Source of the DNA: Candidatus Woesearchaeota archaeon
Lineage (GTDB): Archaea; Nanobdellota; Nanobdellia; Pacearchaeales; GW2011-AR1
Direction: 5' to 3'
Assembly: GCA_964639615.1 (NCBI GenBank)
Contig: CAZXHH010000001.1
Span: 68,092-132,091, forward strand
DNA: 64,000 nt
The translations under genes were made by a program, and so were the position numbers. The notes beneath the pieces were generated by a model that saw only the letters and a list, made by a program, of their open reading frames with translations, had not been told where the DNA came from and did no database searches. Positions 28,734-38,497 of this stretch are shown here, in pieces (position 1 is the first letter of the stretch; the number at the start of each line of letters is the position of its first letter).

Positions 28734-29228
28734 TTACATCAATTCGCTACAATCTTCTGGAGGAATAATATAAATACTACCATATCCATTATCAACTATT
28801 GCTTTATTAACAAATAAATTATCTCCCCAATCGTTTACATAAACAAATCTCAATAATCTTCCGTAAGCATCTTTGTCTTTTAAAGAAGAATTAAAACTAA
28901 CTTCTTTGTATAAAATAAGTTCTCTAAGAAATGCTTTTGATTCTTCATAACCTTGTTCTTTTTTTTCTGGAGCATCTACACAGAGCAATCTAACTTTAAG
29001 CATTTTGTCTGTTGTTTCATCATAATATTCAAAAGTATCTCCATCAATTATTTTTACAACAGTATTATTATTTAGCTGTGATTTATTGTAAGCTTTTGGA
29101 AGAGAAGAAATAAATGCCACAATTAACAGAATAAACACAATAAAAACCATCCAATAAACTATCTTATCCCATTCTTTTTTAATTTTCAGCTCATCATTTG
29201 GAAATTGTGATTGATCCTCTTTTTCCAT
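28734..29228 (-). CDS. Membrane-anchored SNase-like nuclease
   Basis: N-terminal TM; VKIIDGDTFEYY...VRLLCVDAPEKKEQGY...YGRLLRFVYVND SNase motifs. Confidence 0.65.
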   Translation of the reverse strand: MEKEDQSQFPNDELKIKKEWDKIVYWMVFIVFILLIVAFISSLPKAYNKSQLNNNTVVKIIDGDTFEYYDETTDKMLKVRLLCVDAPEKKEQGYEESKAFLRELILYKEVSFNSSLKDKDAYGRLLRFVYVNDWGDNLFVNKAIVDNGYGSIYIIPPEDCSELM

Positions 29229-29353
29229 ATTTATCCTATCGCACCTGTTCCTTTAAATCTTTTGTTTTTATTAAACTCTCAATTCAAAGTAATAACAAAA
29301 AACATTTTATTTAGGACAATAATCTTTTAAAACAGGAAACGTCATCAAAGGCA

Positions 29354-32300
29354 ATGGAGAAAAGGGAAAAGTGCTGGAAGTTATTTCTAATTAACATACT
29401 AATTTTAACACTAAGCTTTTCTTTTATTAGTGCTTCTACTTCACTAACAAGCATTAATGTTAATCCTTCAATTACAAATTCTAATCCAGTTCTAACTGTA
29501 ACGCTTAGTGAGAGTAATTCTTCATACCTAATTTCTGGTGCAGAATATTTTATTGATAGTGCTGGTGTAAGTGGAACAGGAAATAGTTTAACTGCTTCAG
29601 ATGGAGCATATGATGAACTAACTGAAGATACAAGTGCTAGTATAGATCTAACAGGTTTAAGTCAGGGCAGCCACACAGTTTATGCTCACGGATTAAATAA
29701 CAATTCTGAATGGGGTGCTTTTTCTACAGTCAGTTTTACAAAAGATACAATTATCCCTACACTAACCTCAATGCAGATTACTGGAGCATATGGTGCTACA
29801 AATAAAATTTCTCCTCAAAATGCAGATGGAAAGTATGATTCTGTTAGAATTATTATGAATTCAAGTGAATCTGTTGATTGGGGAAAAACATCAGTATTAA
29901 ATTCTACAGGACAGGAAATAAAATATTTCAATGGCCCTTCTGGTTATATTAATTCAAATATAGAAACTTGGGATGGAAAAAATAGTTCTGGAAATTATGT
30001 CCTTGATGGAGTTTACACAATTTATACAAATATAACAGACCAAGCAGGAAACTCAAATTTAATCTATGTGGGTTCAGTGATTATAGATAATACTGCTCCA
30101 ATTGGGACAATCACAAAAGGAACTCCTATAATAAGTAACAATGATTTAACACAAGAAATAACAATAAATTATAATGAAGTTATGGATACTTCTTATAGAC
30201 CACTGATTAACTTTACAAATAATATTGGAGAGATTAGAAGTACTGGAGGAAGTTGGAGTACAAATCAAATTTGGACAGAGAATTTCCTTGTTGAAGATGC
30301 AGATGAAGAAACAACAAACGTAATTATTTCTAGTTCATTAGCTAAAGACCTTGTTGAAAACTCAGAAGCTACTTCTATTTCAGCTTCTTTTTCTATTGAT
30401 ACAAAAGCTCCTGTTATCTCTAGTTTGCAAATTAATGCTTCAGATATAGAAATAAATAATGATAATGATGTAACAATTTCAGCAGACATTAGCGAAGGAA
30501 TGTCTACCCCAATAAATGTCTGGCTTGAAGGAAACTGGACTGGGACTTCTGCAAATAACACTTTAAGTTCTTCTTCAGGACATTATAGTTATACTATAAG
30601 CAAAACTCAACTTTCAAATCAGGAATATGTGGGATGGAGAATTTTTACAAGAGATTCTAGAGGAAATATTAGAAGTACAAGCATAAATGGTTTTTTAGTT
30701 AAAAATAGAGCTCCTTTATTTATTCCTTCTATAAATAATATGTCTTGGATTGAAGATGGAGGTTCAAAGACAATTAACTTATCTGATTATTTTTATGATT
30801 TAGATAAAGACATTCTTAATTATACTGCAACAGTTGTTTCTAACAGAGGACCAACATCAGATCCAAATCCTCTTGGGGGAATAACAGTTACAATAAACAA
30901 TGCAACAAAAATTGCAACAATTTCATCAACCTCAGATTGGAATGGTGATGGAACAATTATATTTTATGCTTGGGACTTTGTTGGAGGATACAATAGGAGC
31001 AATACAGTTTATGTAACAGTTATTGCTGATGATAATGAAGCTCCAACACTAACAAGTTCTTTGAGCCCAGTAAACTTCAGTGAAGATACAACTTTCTCTT
31101 TGCAATTATTCTGTGATCCAAATGACCCTGCACAAGTTTGCTTAAATTATAGATATGATGCATCATATATTGATTATAATTCAAATCTAACTGTATCTGT
31201 AAATCCTTCAACAGGACAGGTTACATTAAGTCCAAAATTAAATTGGAATGGGTTAACTTATGTTAAATTTCTTGCTGATGATAATGGAGTTCCTTTAGAA
31301 ACAGGAAGTTTAGTTGTTAGAGTAAATGTAACTCCTGTAAATGATAATCCTATATTAGACGCTCCTGATATAAGCATGATAGAAAATTCTGCTGCACCTT
31401 CTCCAATTAATTTGCTTTCTTATACAACGGATGTAGATAACCAATTAACTTCTATGGTTTATAATTTGGTTAGTCAATCAAATACAAGTTTAATTAATTG
31501 TAGCTTAAATGTAAATACAATAAACTGTGGAGCACCTGCATATAACAAATATGGAATTTCAGATTTAATAGTTAGTGTAATAGATGGAAGTGGTGGCAGT
31601 GATAGTCAAAAGATTACTATTGAAGTAAAAAAGAATCATGCTCCAACAATAAGATCATATTTTCCTGTTGAAAATCCTTTGATAAGAACTGGAAGGCCCC
31701 AGACTTTTGTACTTGTTGCTCAAGATGTTGATAATTTAACAGCTTTAAATTATGTCTGGAAAGTAGATGGAACAATTGTTCAGAATGGAATAGATAATAA
31801 TTATATATTTACACCTTCAGCTGAAAGCAATTATATTGTTAGTGCTGAAGTAAGTGACGAAGTTCCAAACACAGTAACAAAAAGCTGGACAGTTAAGGCA
31901 ACTACTTATCCAATTACAACAGAGTTTAATGGTGATGAAACAACAAATCTTTCAAATCCTTCTTTAGATTTAACAAATGTAAGTTTAGTTTTAGAAAATT
32001 CATACGGTAAAATTGAATTTTTATCTCCTGTTGATTTAACAAAGGCTTGGGACTTGGACAATAATGTTGAAATTTCTTCAAACGGATTAGTTGCTGTTAA
32101 TACTCAGTTATATCCTGCCTTAAATAAACCTGCAAGAATTACACTTTATGGATTGAGCTATAGTTCTTTACCTAAAGTTTATTATTCTTCGAGCTTCACA
32201 ACTTCTCCATTGACTGTTCAACAAGAATGTTCTTCACCTAGATGTAATTTACTCAATTATACTGCATTCCCTACATCTGCTGGAGAGGTTACATTTACTG

Positions 32301-33376
32301 TCTCTCAATTCAGTTCATATGCTGTTAAAGGAAGTGGAATTAATTATGATATTAACAAACTTGATTTAGACAAATGTGAAAACGGAGTCCAAGGAAATCT
32401 AACTGTTGAAATAAAAAATCCTGATGAGGATGAATCTTTTGGACCTGGAGCAGAAATTAAGATTAAATTAAAAGTATCAAACGATAATTCTTTTGATGAT
32501 AAATTCATAGCCAAAGGAATTTTATATAATTTAGATGAAGAAGATGAAGAGGAAACAGAAGAAAGTGATTCTGTTGAAATAGAAACAGAAGATTCAGAAA
32601 CAATTGAATTCTCATTAATTGTCCCAGAAGATATGGATGAAGAAGATGATTATGTTCTATTTGTTAAAGTCTATCAAAAAGGAGAAGAGGAAAATCAATG
32701 CAATTATCAAATAATTGATTTATCTCTTGAAAGAGAAGAACACAAAGTTATAATTAATGATATTGTTTCTGATTTAGAAATTAATACTGGGGAAAAATTA
32801 AACCTTGATATTGATTTAGAAAATATTGGAAGTTCAGACGAAGATGAAGCATATATCAAAATAACAAATAGCGAATTAAAATTAAATGAAAAAACAGATA
32901 CATTTGAAATTGAGAAATATGGTGACGATAATGAATTGACAATAAGCCATAGCATTTTAATTCCACAAAACGCAGCAGGAAAAGAATACACTTTAAGAGT
33001 AGAGGTATTTTATGAAGATGGAAGCACTTTCCAAAATTATATAATAAATGTAAATAATAAATCAATTATAAGTTATGTACCTACAGAAAACTTAATTTAC
33101 TTATCTTCTTCGCAGTCTTCAGGATCTGGAAGTTCTAGTCCTAAAACAATTACTGCATCAAAAACAACTATAACAGGAAAAATAACTGAAAAAGCAGAAG
33201 TTGAAGAAGAGGCTGCTCTTAATGTAAATCTAGATACAGAAGATAAAATAGCTTCTGAATTTAGTACAAATAAGAGTTCAGTAAAAGTAAATTATAATTA
33301 TCTTCCGATAGTGCTTGGTATCGGTATATTGATTTTTGTTTTTGCAATAGTATATCTTTTAATAAAGAAAAGATAA
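29354..33376 (+). CDS. Giant (1340 aa) surface protein: signal peptide, Ig/cadherin-like repeats, acidic segment, Ser/Thr linker, C-terminal TM anchor (S-layer/adhesin candidate)
   Basis: N-terminal signal peptide; PVNDNPILDAPD cadherin-like motif; dozens of N-x-S/T sequons; DEEDEEETEESD acidic run; SSSQSSGSGSSSPKT linker; LPIVLGIGILIFVFAIVYLLIKKR anchor. Confidence 0.6.
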   Translation: MEKREKCWKLFLINILILTLSFSFISASTSLTSINVNPSITNSNPVLTVTLSESNSSYLISGAEYFIDSAGVSGTGNSLTASDGAYDELTEDTSASIDLTGLSQGSHTVYAHGLNNNSEWGAFSTVSFTKDTIIPTLTSMQITGAYGATNKISPQNADGKYDSVRIIMNSSESVDWGKTSVLNSTGQEIKYFNGPSGYINSNIETWDGKNSSGNYVLDGVYTIYTNITDQAGNSNLIYVGSVIIDNTAPIGTITKGTPIISNNDLTQEITINYNEVMDTSYRPLINFTNNIGEIRSTGGSWSTNQIWTENFLVEDADEETTNVIISSSLAKDLVENSEATSISASFSIDTKAPVISSLQINASDIEINNDNDVTISADISEGMSTPINVWLEGNWTGTSANNTLSSSSGHYSYTISKTQLSNQEYVGWRIFTRDSRGNIRSTSINGFLVKNRAPLFIPSINNMSWIEDGGSKTINLSDYFYDLDKDILNYTATVVSNRGPTSDPNPLGGITVTINNATKIATISSTSDWNGDGTIIFYAWDFVGGYNRSNTVYVTVIADDNEAPTLTSSLSPVNFSEDTTFSLQLFCDPNDPAQVCLNYRYDASYIDYNSNLTVSVNPSTGQVTLSPKLNWNGLTYVKFLADDNGVPLETGSLVVRVNVTPVNDNPILDAPDISMIENSAAPSPINLLSYTTDVDNQLTSMVYNLVSQSNTSLINCSLNVNTINCGAPAYNKYGISDLIVSVIDGSGGSDSQKITIEVKKNHAPTIRSYFPVENPLIRTGRPQTFVLVAQDVDNLTALNYVWKVDGTIVQNGIDNNYIFTPSAESNYIVSAEVSDEVPNTVTKSWTVKATTYPITTEFNGDETTNLSNPSLDLTNVSLVLENSYGKIEFLSPVDLTKAWDLDNNVEISSNGLVAVNTQLYPALNKPARITLYGLSYSSLPKVYYSSSFTTSPLTVQQECSSPRCNLLNYTAFPTSAGEVTFTVSQFSSYAVKGSGINYDINKLDLDKCENGVQGNLTVEIKNPDEDESFGPGAEIKIKLKVSNDNSFDDKFIAKGILYNLDEEDEEETEESDSVEIETEDSETIEFSLIVPEDMDEEDDYVLFVKVYQKGEEENQCNYQIIDLSLEREEHKVIINDIVSDLEINTGEKLNLDIDLENIGSSDEDEAYIKITNSELKLNEKTDTFEIEKYGDDNELTISHSILIPQNAAGKEYTLRVEVFYEDGSTFQNYIINVNNKSIISYVPTENLIYLSSSQSSGSGSSSPKTITASKTTITGKITEKAEVEEEAALNVNLDTEDKIASEFSTNKSSVKVNYNYLPIVLGIGILIFVFAIVYLLIKKR

Positions 33377-33407
33377 AATTAATATAGTTCTGGGAGTTCT
33401 ATAATTC

Positions 33408-33620
33408 ATGTTTAAAGATAACCCTTTTCTTCCAAATAAAGAATACATGCCTGATTGGGAATTTAAAATGCTCTACGACAGTTATGTAGAACAGAATAAA
33501 TATATTAAACTTACAAATAACACAAATAATGTTGTTCAATCTGAACTTGAAAAGATAGATCATCTCGAGGCTGAAGCATCTTTTCAAAAATTACTTCTAA
33601 AAAAGAAAAGACTTAATTAG
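33408..33620 (+). CDS. Hypothetical protein
   Basis: 70 aa ORF. Confidence 0.25.
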   Translation: MFKDNPFLPNKEYMPDWEFKMLYDSYVEQNKYIKLTNNTNNVVQSELEKIDHLEAEASFQKLLLKKKRLN

Positions 33621-33662
33621 GCATAGATTTAAAAGCAAAAAAATTTTTATTTTTCGATAAAA

Positions 33663-34031
33663 ATGAAAAATAAAAAACCAAAATTTTGGGGAAAACTTGC
33701 AAGCATCGATTTAGTTGGATGCAATGACAATGTTAGTAATCCCCGGGAGATTCGGCGGTTTTGCATAGAAATCTGTAAAAAAATTCACATGAAAAGATTT
33801 GGTCCAACTCATTTGAAAAGATTTGGTGTTGGAAAATTAGAAGGATATTCTTTTATGCAGTTTATTGAAACTTCTTCTATAACTGCACATTTTGAAGAAC
33901 AACAAAATCCAAAAAAAGCATTTATTGATATTTTCAGCTGTAAAGATTTTGATGAAAAAGACGCAGCTAACTTTTGTAAAAAATTCTTTGGAGCTAACAA
34001 GGCCAAATTAAGAGTGTTGATAAGAGAATAA
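33663..34031 (+). CDS. speH: S-adenosylmethionine decarboxylase proenzyme (pyruvoyl-dependent)
   Basis: LVGCN..., FIETSSITAHFEE (self-cleavage Ser context), FIDIFSCKDFD match archaeal/bacterial SpeH. Confidence 0.65.
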   Translation: MKNKKPKFWGKLASIDLVGCNDNVSNPREIRRFCIEICKKIHMKRFGPTHLKRFGVGKLEGYSFMQFIETSSITAHFEEQQNPKKAFIDIFSCKDFDEKDAANFCKKFFGANKAKLRVLIRE

Positions 34032-34086
34032 AATAAAAATTATTCTAAACCAAAAGAGATTTAAACAACAATTCTATTAAATTTTT

Positions 34087-34345
34087 GTAGACTAAGTCGG
34101 CGGGTTAGCCCTCCGCTGCTTGCAAATGGGCTTCATGGCAGACTACGAGTGGGGCGTGATAAGTGCGTTGAGGAATCTTTTTTCCAACGTTGACGCTTTG
34201 TCCGTTTTGATTTCGTAGATGCGAAATGGGTCAGGCCTTGATCGGAGCAGCCCTAAACACCTATTGGAATGCTTAGCGGGTTGCAGAGCCGAGAAGGAAG
34301 AAAGGCTAGTTTCTTAATGTTCTTAGTAGCTAACCACTTGTCTAC
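34087..34345 (+). ncRNA. Candidate SRP RNA (7S RNA)
   Basis: ~260-nt GC-rich (~50%) ORF-free island in a ~30% GC genome; GGTCAGGCC...CGGAGCAGCC resembles the SRP RNA domain IV consensus GUCAGGUCCGGAAGGAAGCAGC; terminal GTAGAC/GTCTAC can pair. Confidence 0.5.
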
Positions 34346-34429
34346 ACTATTAATTTTTTATAAATATACTTCCAAAAACATCTATTTTACGACGATAATA
34401 CTTATAAATAATAAATAAAATATATTTTT

Positions 34430-35026
34430 ATGGAAAGTACTTATCTTATAAAACATCCTTCTCATGCACTTGTTGTTGAAGCAATTCAGACTCTCCCAGG
34501 AGAAATTGAAAGCATAAATTTGGAATTATTTGCTGATGGAGTTCAATTTCCAGAATATCCTGAAAATGAAGCAACAACACAGGGGTATTTGAATACATGC
34601 AAATATCAGAACATAATCCCATTTTCTAGCAAAAGAATAAGATGGAGCTTTAATGTCGAAGAACATATTCCTAAAAATACTGAAGCTATGCAGATGTATT
34701 TTTCTGGAGGAAGAACAAATAGGATATCTTTTGAAATATCTCAGGATTGGCAGTTTAAAGAAATTGATAAATTCAAAGAAATATTATTTCCTTCTCTTTT
34801 AAAAAATAACTACAAAATTTCATCTGGAGAAATTATTATGTCTGGCCATAAAACAGGTTCGCATCAAACTGAAGGATATGCTCCCGACTTAGCATTAAAG
34901 ATAAATTATGGTGAAAAAGGATTGGGGATTCTTGTAGACGATAATTATAGAACTGCTAAAGAAGAAAAACCAAAATATGAAAAGTGGTTTGAAGATTTAA
35001 AGACAAAATACAAAATAAGAGATTAA
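34430..35026 (+). CDS. Hypothetical protein
   Basis: 198 aa ORF, no recognisable motif. Confidence 0.35.
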   Translation: MESTYLIKHPSHALVVEAIQTLPGEIESINLELFADGVQFPEYPENEATTQGYLNTCKYQNIIPFSSKRIRWSFNVEEHIPKNTEAMQMYFSGGRTNRISFEISQDWQFKEIDKFKEILFPSLLKNNYKISSGEIIMSGHKTGSHQTEGYAPDLALKINYGEKGLGILVDDNYRTAKEEKPKYEKWFEDLKTKYKIRD

Positions 35027-35027
35027 A

Positions 35028-35363
35028 ATGGGAAGAAACAGATTGTATCAACAAGGACTTCTAGGAATAATCGAGAAACTTAAGGATAAAGAAGTTAAGT
35101 TTCATGTTAATGAATCTTGCGTCGGAGAAGTTTGTTTAATAAATAATTGTAACAGAGATGCAACACATAAGGTAGAAGAAGTTATTATAGAAGGAGACCC
35201 AAATCCATTAAGACATCCGTTAACAAATTACATATGCTGCAATCATTATAAGAAAGTTTTTGGCGCACTTGCTAAATTGCAATGTGAAAATCAAAAGCAC
35301 GATTTATATTATAAAGCAATAAAAAAAGATTATGAAACATTCTCTGATACAAGGGAAGAATAA
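35028..35363 (+). CDS. Hypothetical Cys-rich protein (7 Cys), translationally coupled to upstream gene
   Basis: CVGEVCLINNCN...YICCNHY...CEN; start 2 nt after upstream stop. Confidence 0.35.
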   Translation: MGRNRLYQQGLLGIIEKLKDKEVKFHVNESCVGEVCLINNCNRDATHKVEEVIIEGDPNPLRHPLTNYICCNHYKKVFGALAKLQCENQKHDLYYKAIKKDYETFSDTREE

Positions 35364-35421
35364 TCCCCTAGATATTTCTTAAATAAAAACATTAATAAAT
35401 TGATTTCTATTCTCTATAAAT

Positions 35422-36552
35422 ATGGGTGAAAAAGAGAAAGATGTTGTTGTTAATCCTTACCAAGTTGAAGGAGAAGTTAATTACGACAGACTTGTTAAAG
35501 AATTTGGATTAGAAAAAATTAACGAAGATATTCTAAAGAAAATTAAAAAGCAGACCGGGGAGCTTCATCCCATGCTGAGAAGAGGAATTATGTTTGCCCA
35601 TAGAGATTTAAATTGGATTTTAAATGAGTATGAAAAAGGGAATAAATTTTTCTTATATACTGGATGTGGACCTTCTGGACCAATCCATTTAGGACATTTA
35701 CAAATGTGGTATTTTACAAAATGGTTACAAGATAAATTTGATTGTGAATTGTATTTTCAGTTTACTGATGATGAAAAATTCCTATACAAAGAGAAATCTT
35801 ATGAAGAAATACAAAAATGGACTGAAGAAAATATGTTAGATGTTGCTGCAATTGGATTCAATCCAAAAAAAACACATTTTATCGTAGACACAAAACATGC
35901 TGGAATCATGTATCCTGAAGCTATAAAAATAGCAAAGAAAATAACTTTCTCAACAATTAAATCTAGTTTTGGTTTTACAGACAGCAACAATATTGGAAGT
36001 ATATTTTACACTTCTATGCAAGCTGTACCTGCAATTCTTCCTTCTGTTCTTAAAGGGAAAAATATTCCTTGTTTGATTCCATTGGGTGTTGATCAAGACC
36101 CCCACTTTAGAATTGCAAGAGATGTTTATCCTAAACTAGGATTTTTCAAACCTGCAATTATGCATAAGGTTATGTTCCCTTCTTTAGAAGGAATGAATGC
36201 TGTAATGAGTAGTTCAAAAGGTGCTGCATTAATCACTGCAAACGATACTCCGGCTGAAGTAAAAAATAAAATAAACAAATATGCTTTTTCTGGAGGAAGA
36301 GATACAATTGAAGAGCACAGAAAATTAGGGGGAAATCCAGAAATAGATGTTTCATTCCAATATTTGAAGCACTTTTTTGAAGAAGATGATAAAAAATTAG
36401 AAGAAATTGAAAAAGAGTACAAATCAGGAAAATTATCAACAGGGGAATTAAAAAAATATGCCATTGAAAAGATAAATAAATTTTTAGCTCAACATCAAGA
36501 GAGAAGAAAGAATGCTAAAAAATTAATTCCACAATATATGTTAAAAGTATAA
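35422..36552 (+). CDS. trpS: Tryptophanyl-tRNA synthetase, archaeal/eukaryal type
   Basis: GCGPSGPIHLGHL (HIGH), KMSSSKGAALI (KMSKS), 376 aa. Confidence 0.85.
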   Translation: MGEKEKDVVVNPYQVEGEVNYDRLVKEFGLEKINEDILKKIKKQTGELHPMLRRGIMFAHRDLNWILNEYEKGNKFFLYTGCGPSGPIHLGHLQMWYFTKWLQDKFDCELYFQFTDDEKFLYKEKSYEEIQKWTEENMLDVAAIGFNPKKTHFIVDTKHAGIMYPEAIKIAKKITFSTIKSSFGFTDSNNIGSIFYTSMQAVPAILPSVLKGKNIPCLIPLGVDQDPHFRIARDVYPKLGFFKPAIMHKVMFPSLEGMNAVMSSSKGAALITANDTPAEVKNKINKYAFSGGRDTIEEHRKLGGNPEIDVSFQYLKHFFEEDDKKLEEIEKEYKSGKLSTGELKKYAIEKINKFLAQHQERRKNAKKLIPQYMLKV

Positions 36553-36553
36553 G

Positions 36554-37021
36554 ATGATAAAAAGAGGGGATAAAAAAGCACAGTTTTACTTTATGGCTAC
36601 AATAATAATAGTAGCTTTGCTAATAAGCATTGTTGTTACAATTAATTATTCTTTAAGAACCAAATCTTATGAAGCAGAAGAAATTGCAAAAGATTTAACA
36701 ATTGAAACAGAAAAAGTTTTGGATTATGATACAATTCATTCAACAAATGAATTAGAAGATTTTGCAAAAGTTTATTCTAGATATGTTGGACAAGATAAAG
36801 AGATTTATTTTATTTTTGTAGATAATGATGGAAGTTCTGAAGCTTTTAGATATGTTGGAGAAAATAAAGTGGATTTTACCTCTAGTTTAGCAGTTGAAGG
36901 AAACGAAATTCAATTTATTATGGATAATAATACCTACAAATTTAATCTTAAGGAAGGAAAGAATTTGTATTTTCTTTTAATTTATGAATCTAAAGGGGAA
37001 AAATATGTATTTTCAGGATAA
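36554..37021 (+). CDS. Pilin-like protein (class III signal peptide)
   Basis: MIKRGDKKAQFYFMATIIIVALLISIVV N-terminus; first gene of pilus cluster. Confidence 0.5.
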   Translation: MIKRGDKKAQFYFMATIIIVALLISIVVTINYSLRTKSYEAEEIAKDLTIETEKVLDYDTIHSTNELEDFAKVYSRYVGQDKEIYFIFVDNDGSSEAFRYVGENKVDFTSSLAVEGNEIQFIMDNNTYKFNLKEGKNLYFLLIYESKGEKYVFSG

Positions 37022-38492
37022 AAGAAAAAGAGGAATAAGTATTGTAGTGGGGTATGTTTTATTAGTAACCTTTGCAATTGTAATCGGAGTAATAGTTTAT
37101 CAATGGATGAAAAGCTATGTCCCTCAGGAAGAAATTAATTGTCCTGATGGTTCCTCAATTTTTTTAGAAGATTATTCATATAATTGCGATACAGAAATTT
37201 TAACTTTGTATTTGAAGAATAATGGAAGATTCAGTCTTGGAGGATATTTTATTTATGTTACTAATAAAGAAGAAGCAAAATTAGCCACAATAGATATTTC
37301 AAAAAATAATACAGACCCTAATGCGATATTAGTTCCTACAGGAATTAAATTCGGAGGAATTGGTTCTTTAAATTATCTTGAAGCTGGACAGGAAGAAGTA
37401 GATTATTTTAATTTAACAGGCATAAATCAAATTTATTCTATTGAAATTTTACCTATAAGATGGCAGGAAGAAAAGAATAAACAAATTTTAGCAACTTGTA
37501 AAACAGTAAAAGTAAGAGAAGAAGTTAAATGTAAGGGAGTTGCTGGCTCATCTTCGCAATGTGTTTTCCCTGTTATAAGTCCTTGTACAGGATTAGAATG
37601 TGGAACTATTGCAAATGGAAGTTGTGGAGACATAATATGTGCACCAAATAATTGTGATGCGGGAGAACATTGTGGTGGAGGAATTTGTGTATTAGATACT
37701 TGTACTGGTGCTCCTGTTCCAAATGACAAAGATTCTCTTTGCGGAATTTATGAATGTGGATTTGTTGCAAATGGAAGCTGTGGAAATGTTTTCTGTGGAG
37801 ATAATAATGGTGCTTGCATTGCTCCTGAAACATGTGATGCTGCAACACATACATGTGAATGTGCTACAGAAAGTGATGCAACATTCTGTACAAGATTAGG
37901 AGCAGAGTGTGGAACTTTAACAGGAACAGATAATTGTGGTGTATTAAGATTAAATGTAAATTGCGGAGGATGTGATGCAGATGAAACTTGTAATAATAAT
38001 ATATGTGAGTGTGTTCCTGAAACTAATGTTCAATTCTGTACAAGATTGGGAGTGCAATGTGGAAGTTTATCTGGAACAGATAATTGTGGAAATTCTAGAA
38101 CAGTAAGCGAATGTGGGCCTTGCTCAGGAGTACAAGTTTGTAATAGTGGTATTTGTGTAACTCCTTCTACATGTAATGGAACTTGGGTAAAGTCTCCTCC
38201 AGAAACTGTTGAATGCGATGGAACTCCATTACCTCCTCATTGTCTTGCTGGATGTAGCTGTGAAGCAGGATATGATTCAAGCGGTGGTGGAGGATGTTGG
38301 ATTTCTGGAACAGGTGCAAGTTGCCAAGCTCATTGTATTTCATTAGGATACACTCAAATTCCTGTTGGAAGTTGTAGACAAAATCAAGCTCAATGTAATA
38401 GCTTCTGTCCTGGAATTATTCCTGGAGTTCTTGAAACAGGAGGAAATCAGTGGTGTACAGCTCCTACAATAAATTGTTGTTGTTGTCAATAA
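37005..38492 (+). CDS. Pilin-like protein with ~330-aa cysteine-rich tandem-repeat C-terminal domain
   Basis: MYFQDKRKRGISIVVGYVLLVTFAIVIGVIVY class III SP; >60 Cys; repeated modules CGxxANGSCGxxxC and FCTRLGxxCGxLxGTDNCG (150-nt DNA repeat 37884/38034); ends NCCCCQ. Confidence 0.55.
   Translation: MYFQDKRKRGISIVVGYVLLVTFAIVIGVIVYQWMKSYVPQEEINCPDGSSIFLEDYSYNCDTEILTLYLKNNGRFSLGGYFIYVTNKEEAKLATIDISKNNTDPNAILVPTGIKFGGIGSLNYLEAGQEEVDYFNLTGINQIYSIEILPIRWQEEKNKQILATCKTVKVREEVKCKGVAGSSSQCVFPVISPCTGLECGTIANGSCGDIICAPNNCDAGEHCGGGICVLDTCTGAPVPNDKDSLCGIYECGFVANGSCGNVFCGDNNGACIAPETCDAATHTCECATESDATFCTRLGAECGTLTGTDNCGVLRLNVNCGGCDADETCNNNICECVPETNVQFCTRLGVQCGSLSGTDNCGNSRTVSECGPCSGVQVCNSGICVTPSTCNGTWVKSPPETVECDGTPLPPHCLAGCSCEAGYDSSGGGGCWISGTGASCQAHCISLGYTQIPVGSCRQNQAQCNSFCPGIIPGVLETGGNQWCTAPTINCCCCQ
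37884..38160 (+). repeat. In-frame ~150-nt tandem coding repeat (FCTRLG...CGxxTGTDNCG modules)
   Basis: ttctgtacaagattaggagcagagtgtggaactttaacaggaacagataattgtgg (37884) vs ttctgtacaagattgggagtgcaatgtggaagtttatctggaacagataattgtgg (38034). Confidence 0.7.
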
Positions 38493-38497
38493 TTAAA

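Noticed and set aside
34087-34345. Alternative call of the GC-rich island as RNase P RNA
   Set aside because: Could not find the conserved RNase P CR-I/CR-V blocks (GGAAAGUCCGGGC, ACAGAAxCCGGCUUA), whereas an SRP helix-8-like block is present. Kept as SRP RNA at moderate confidence.
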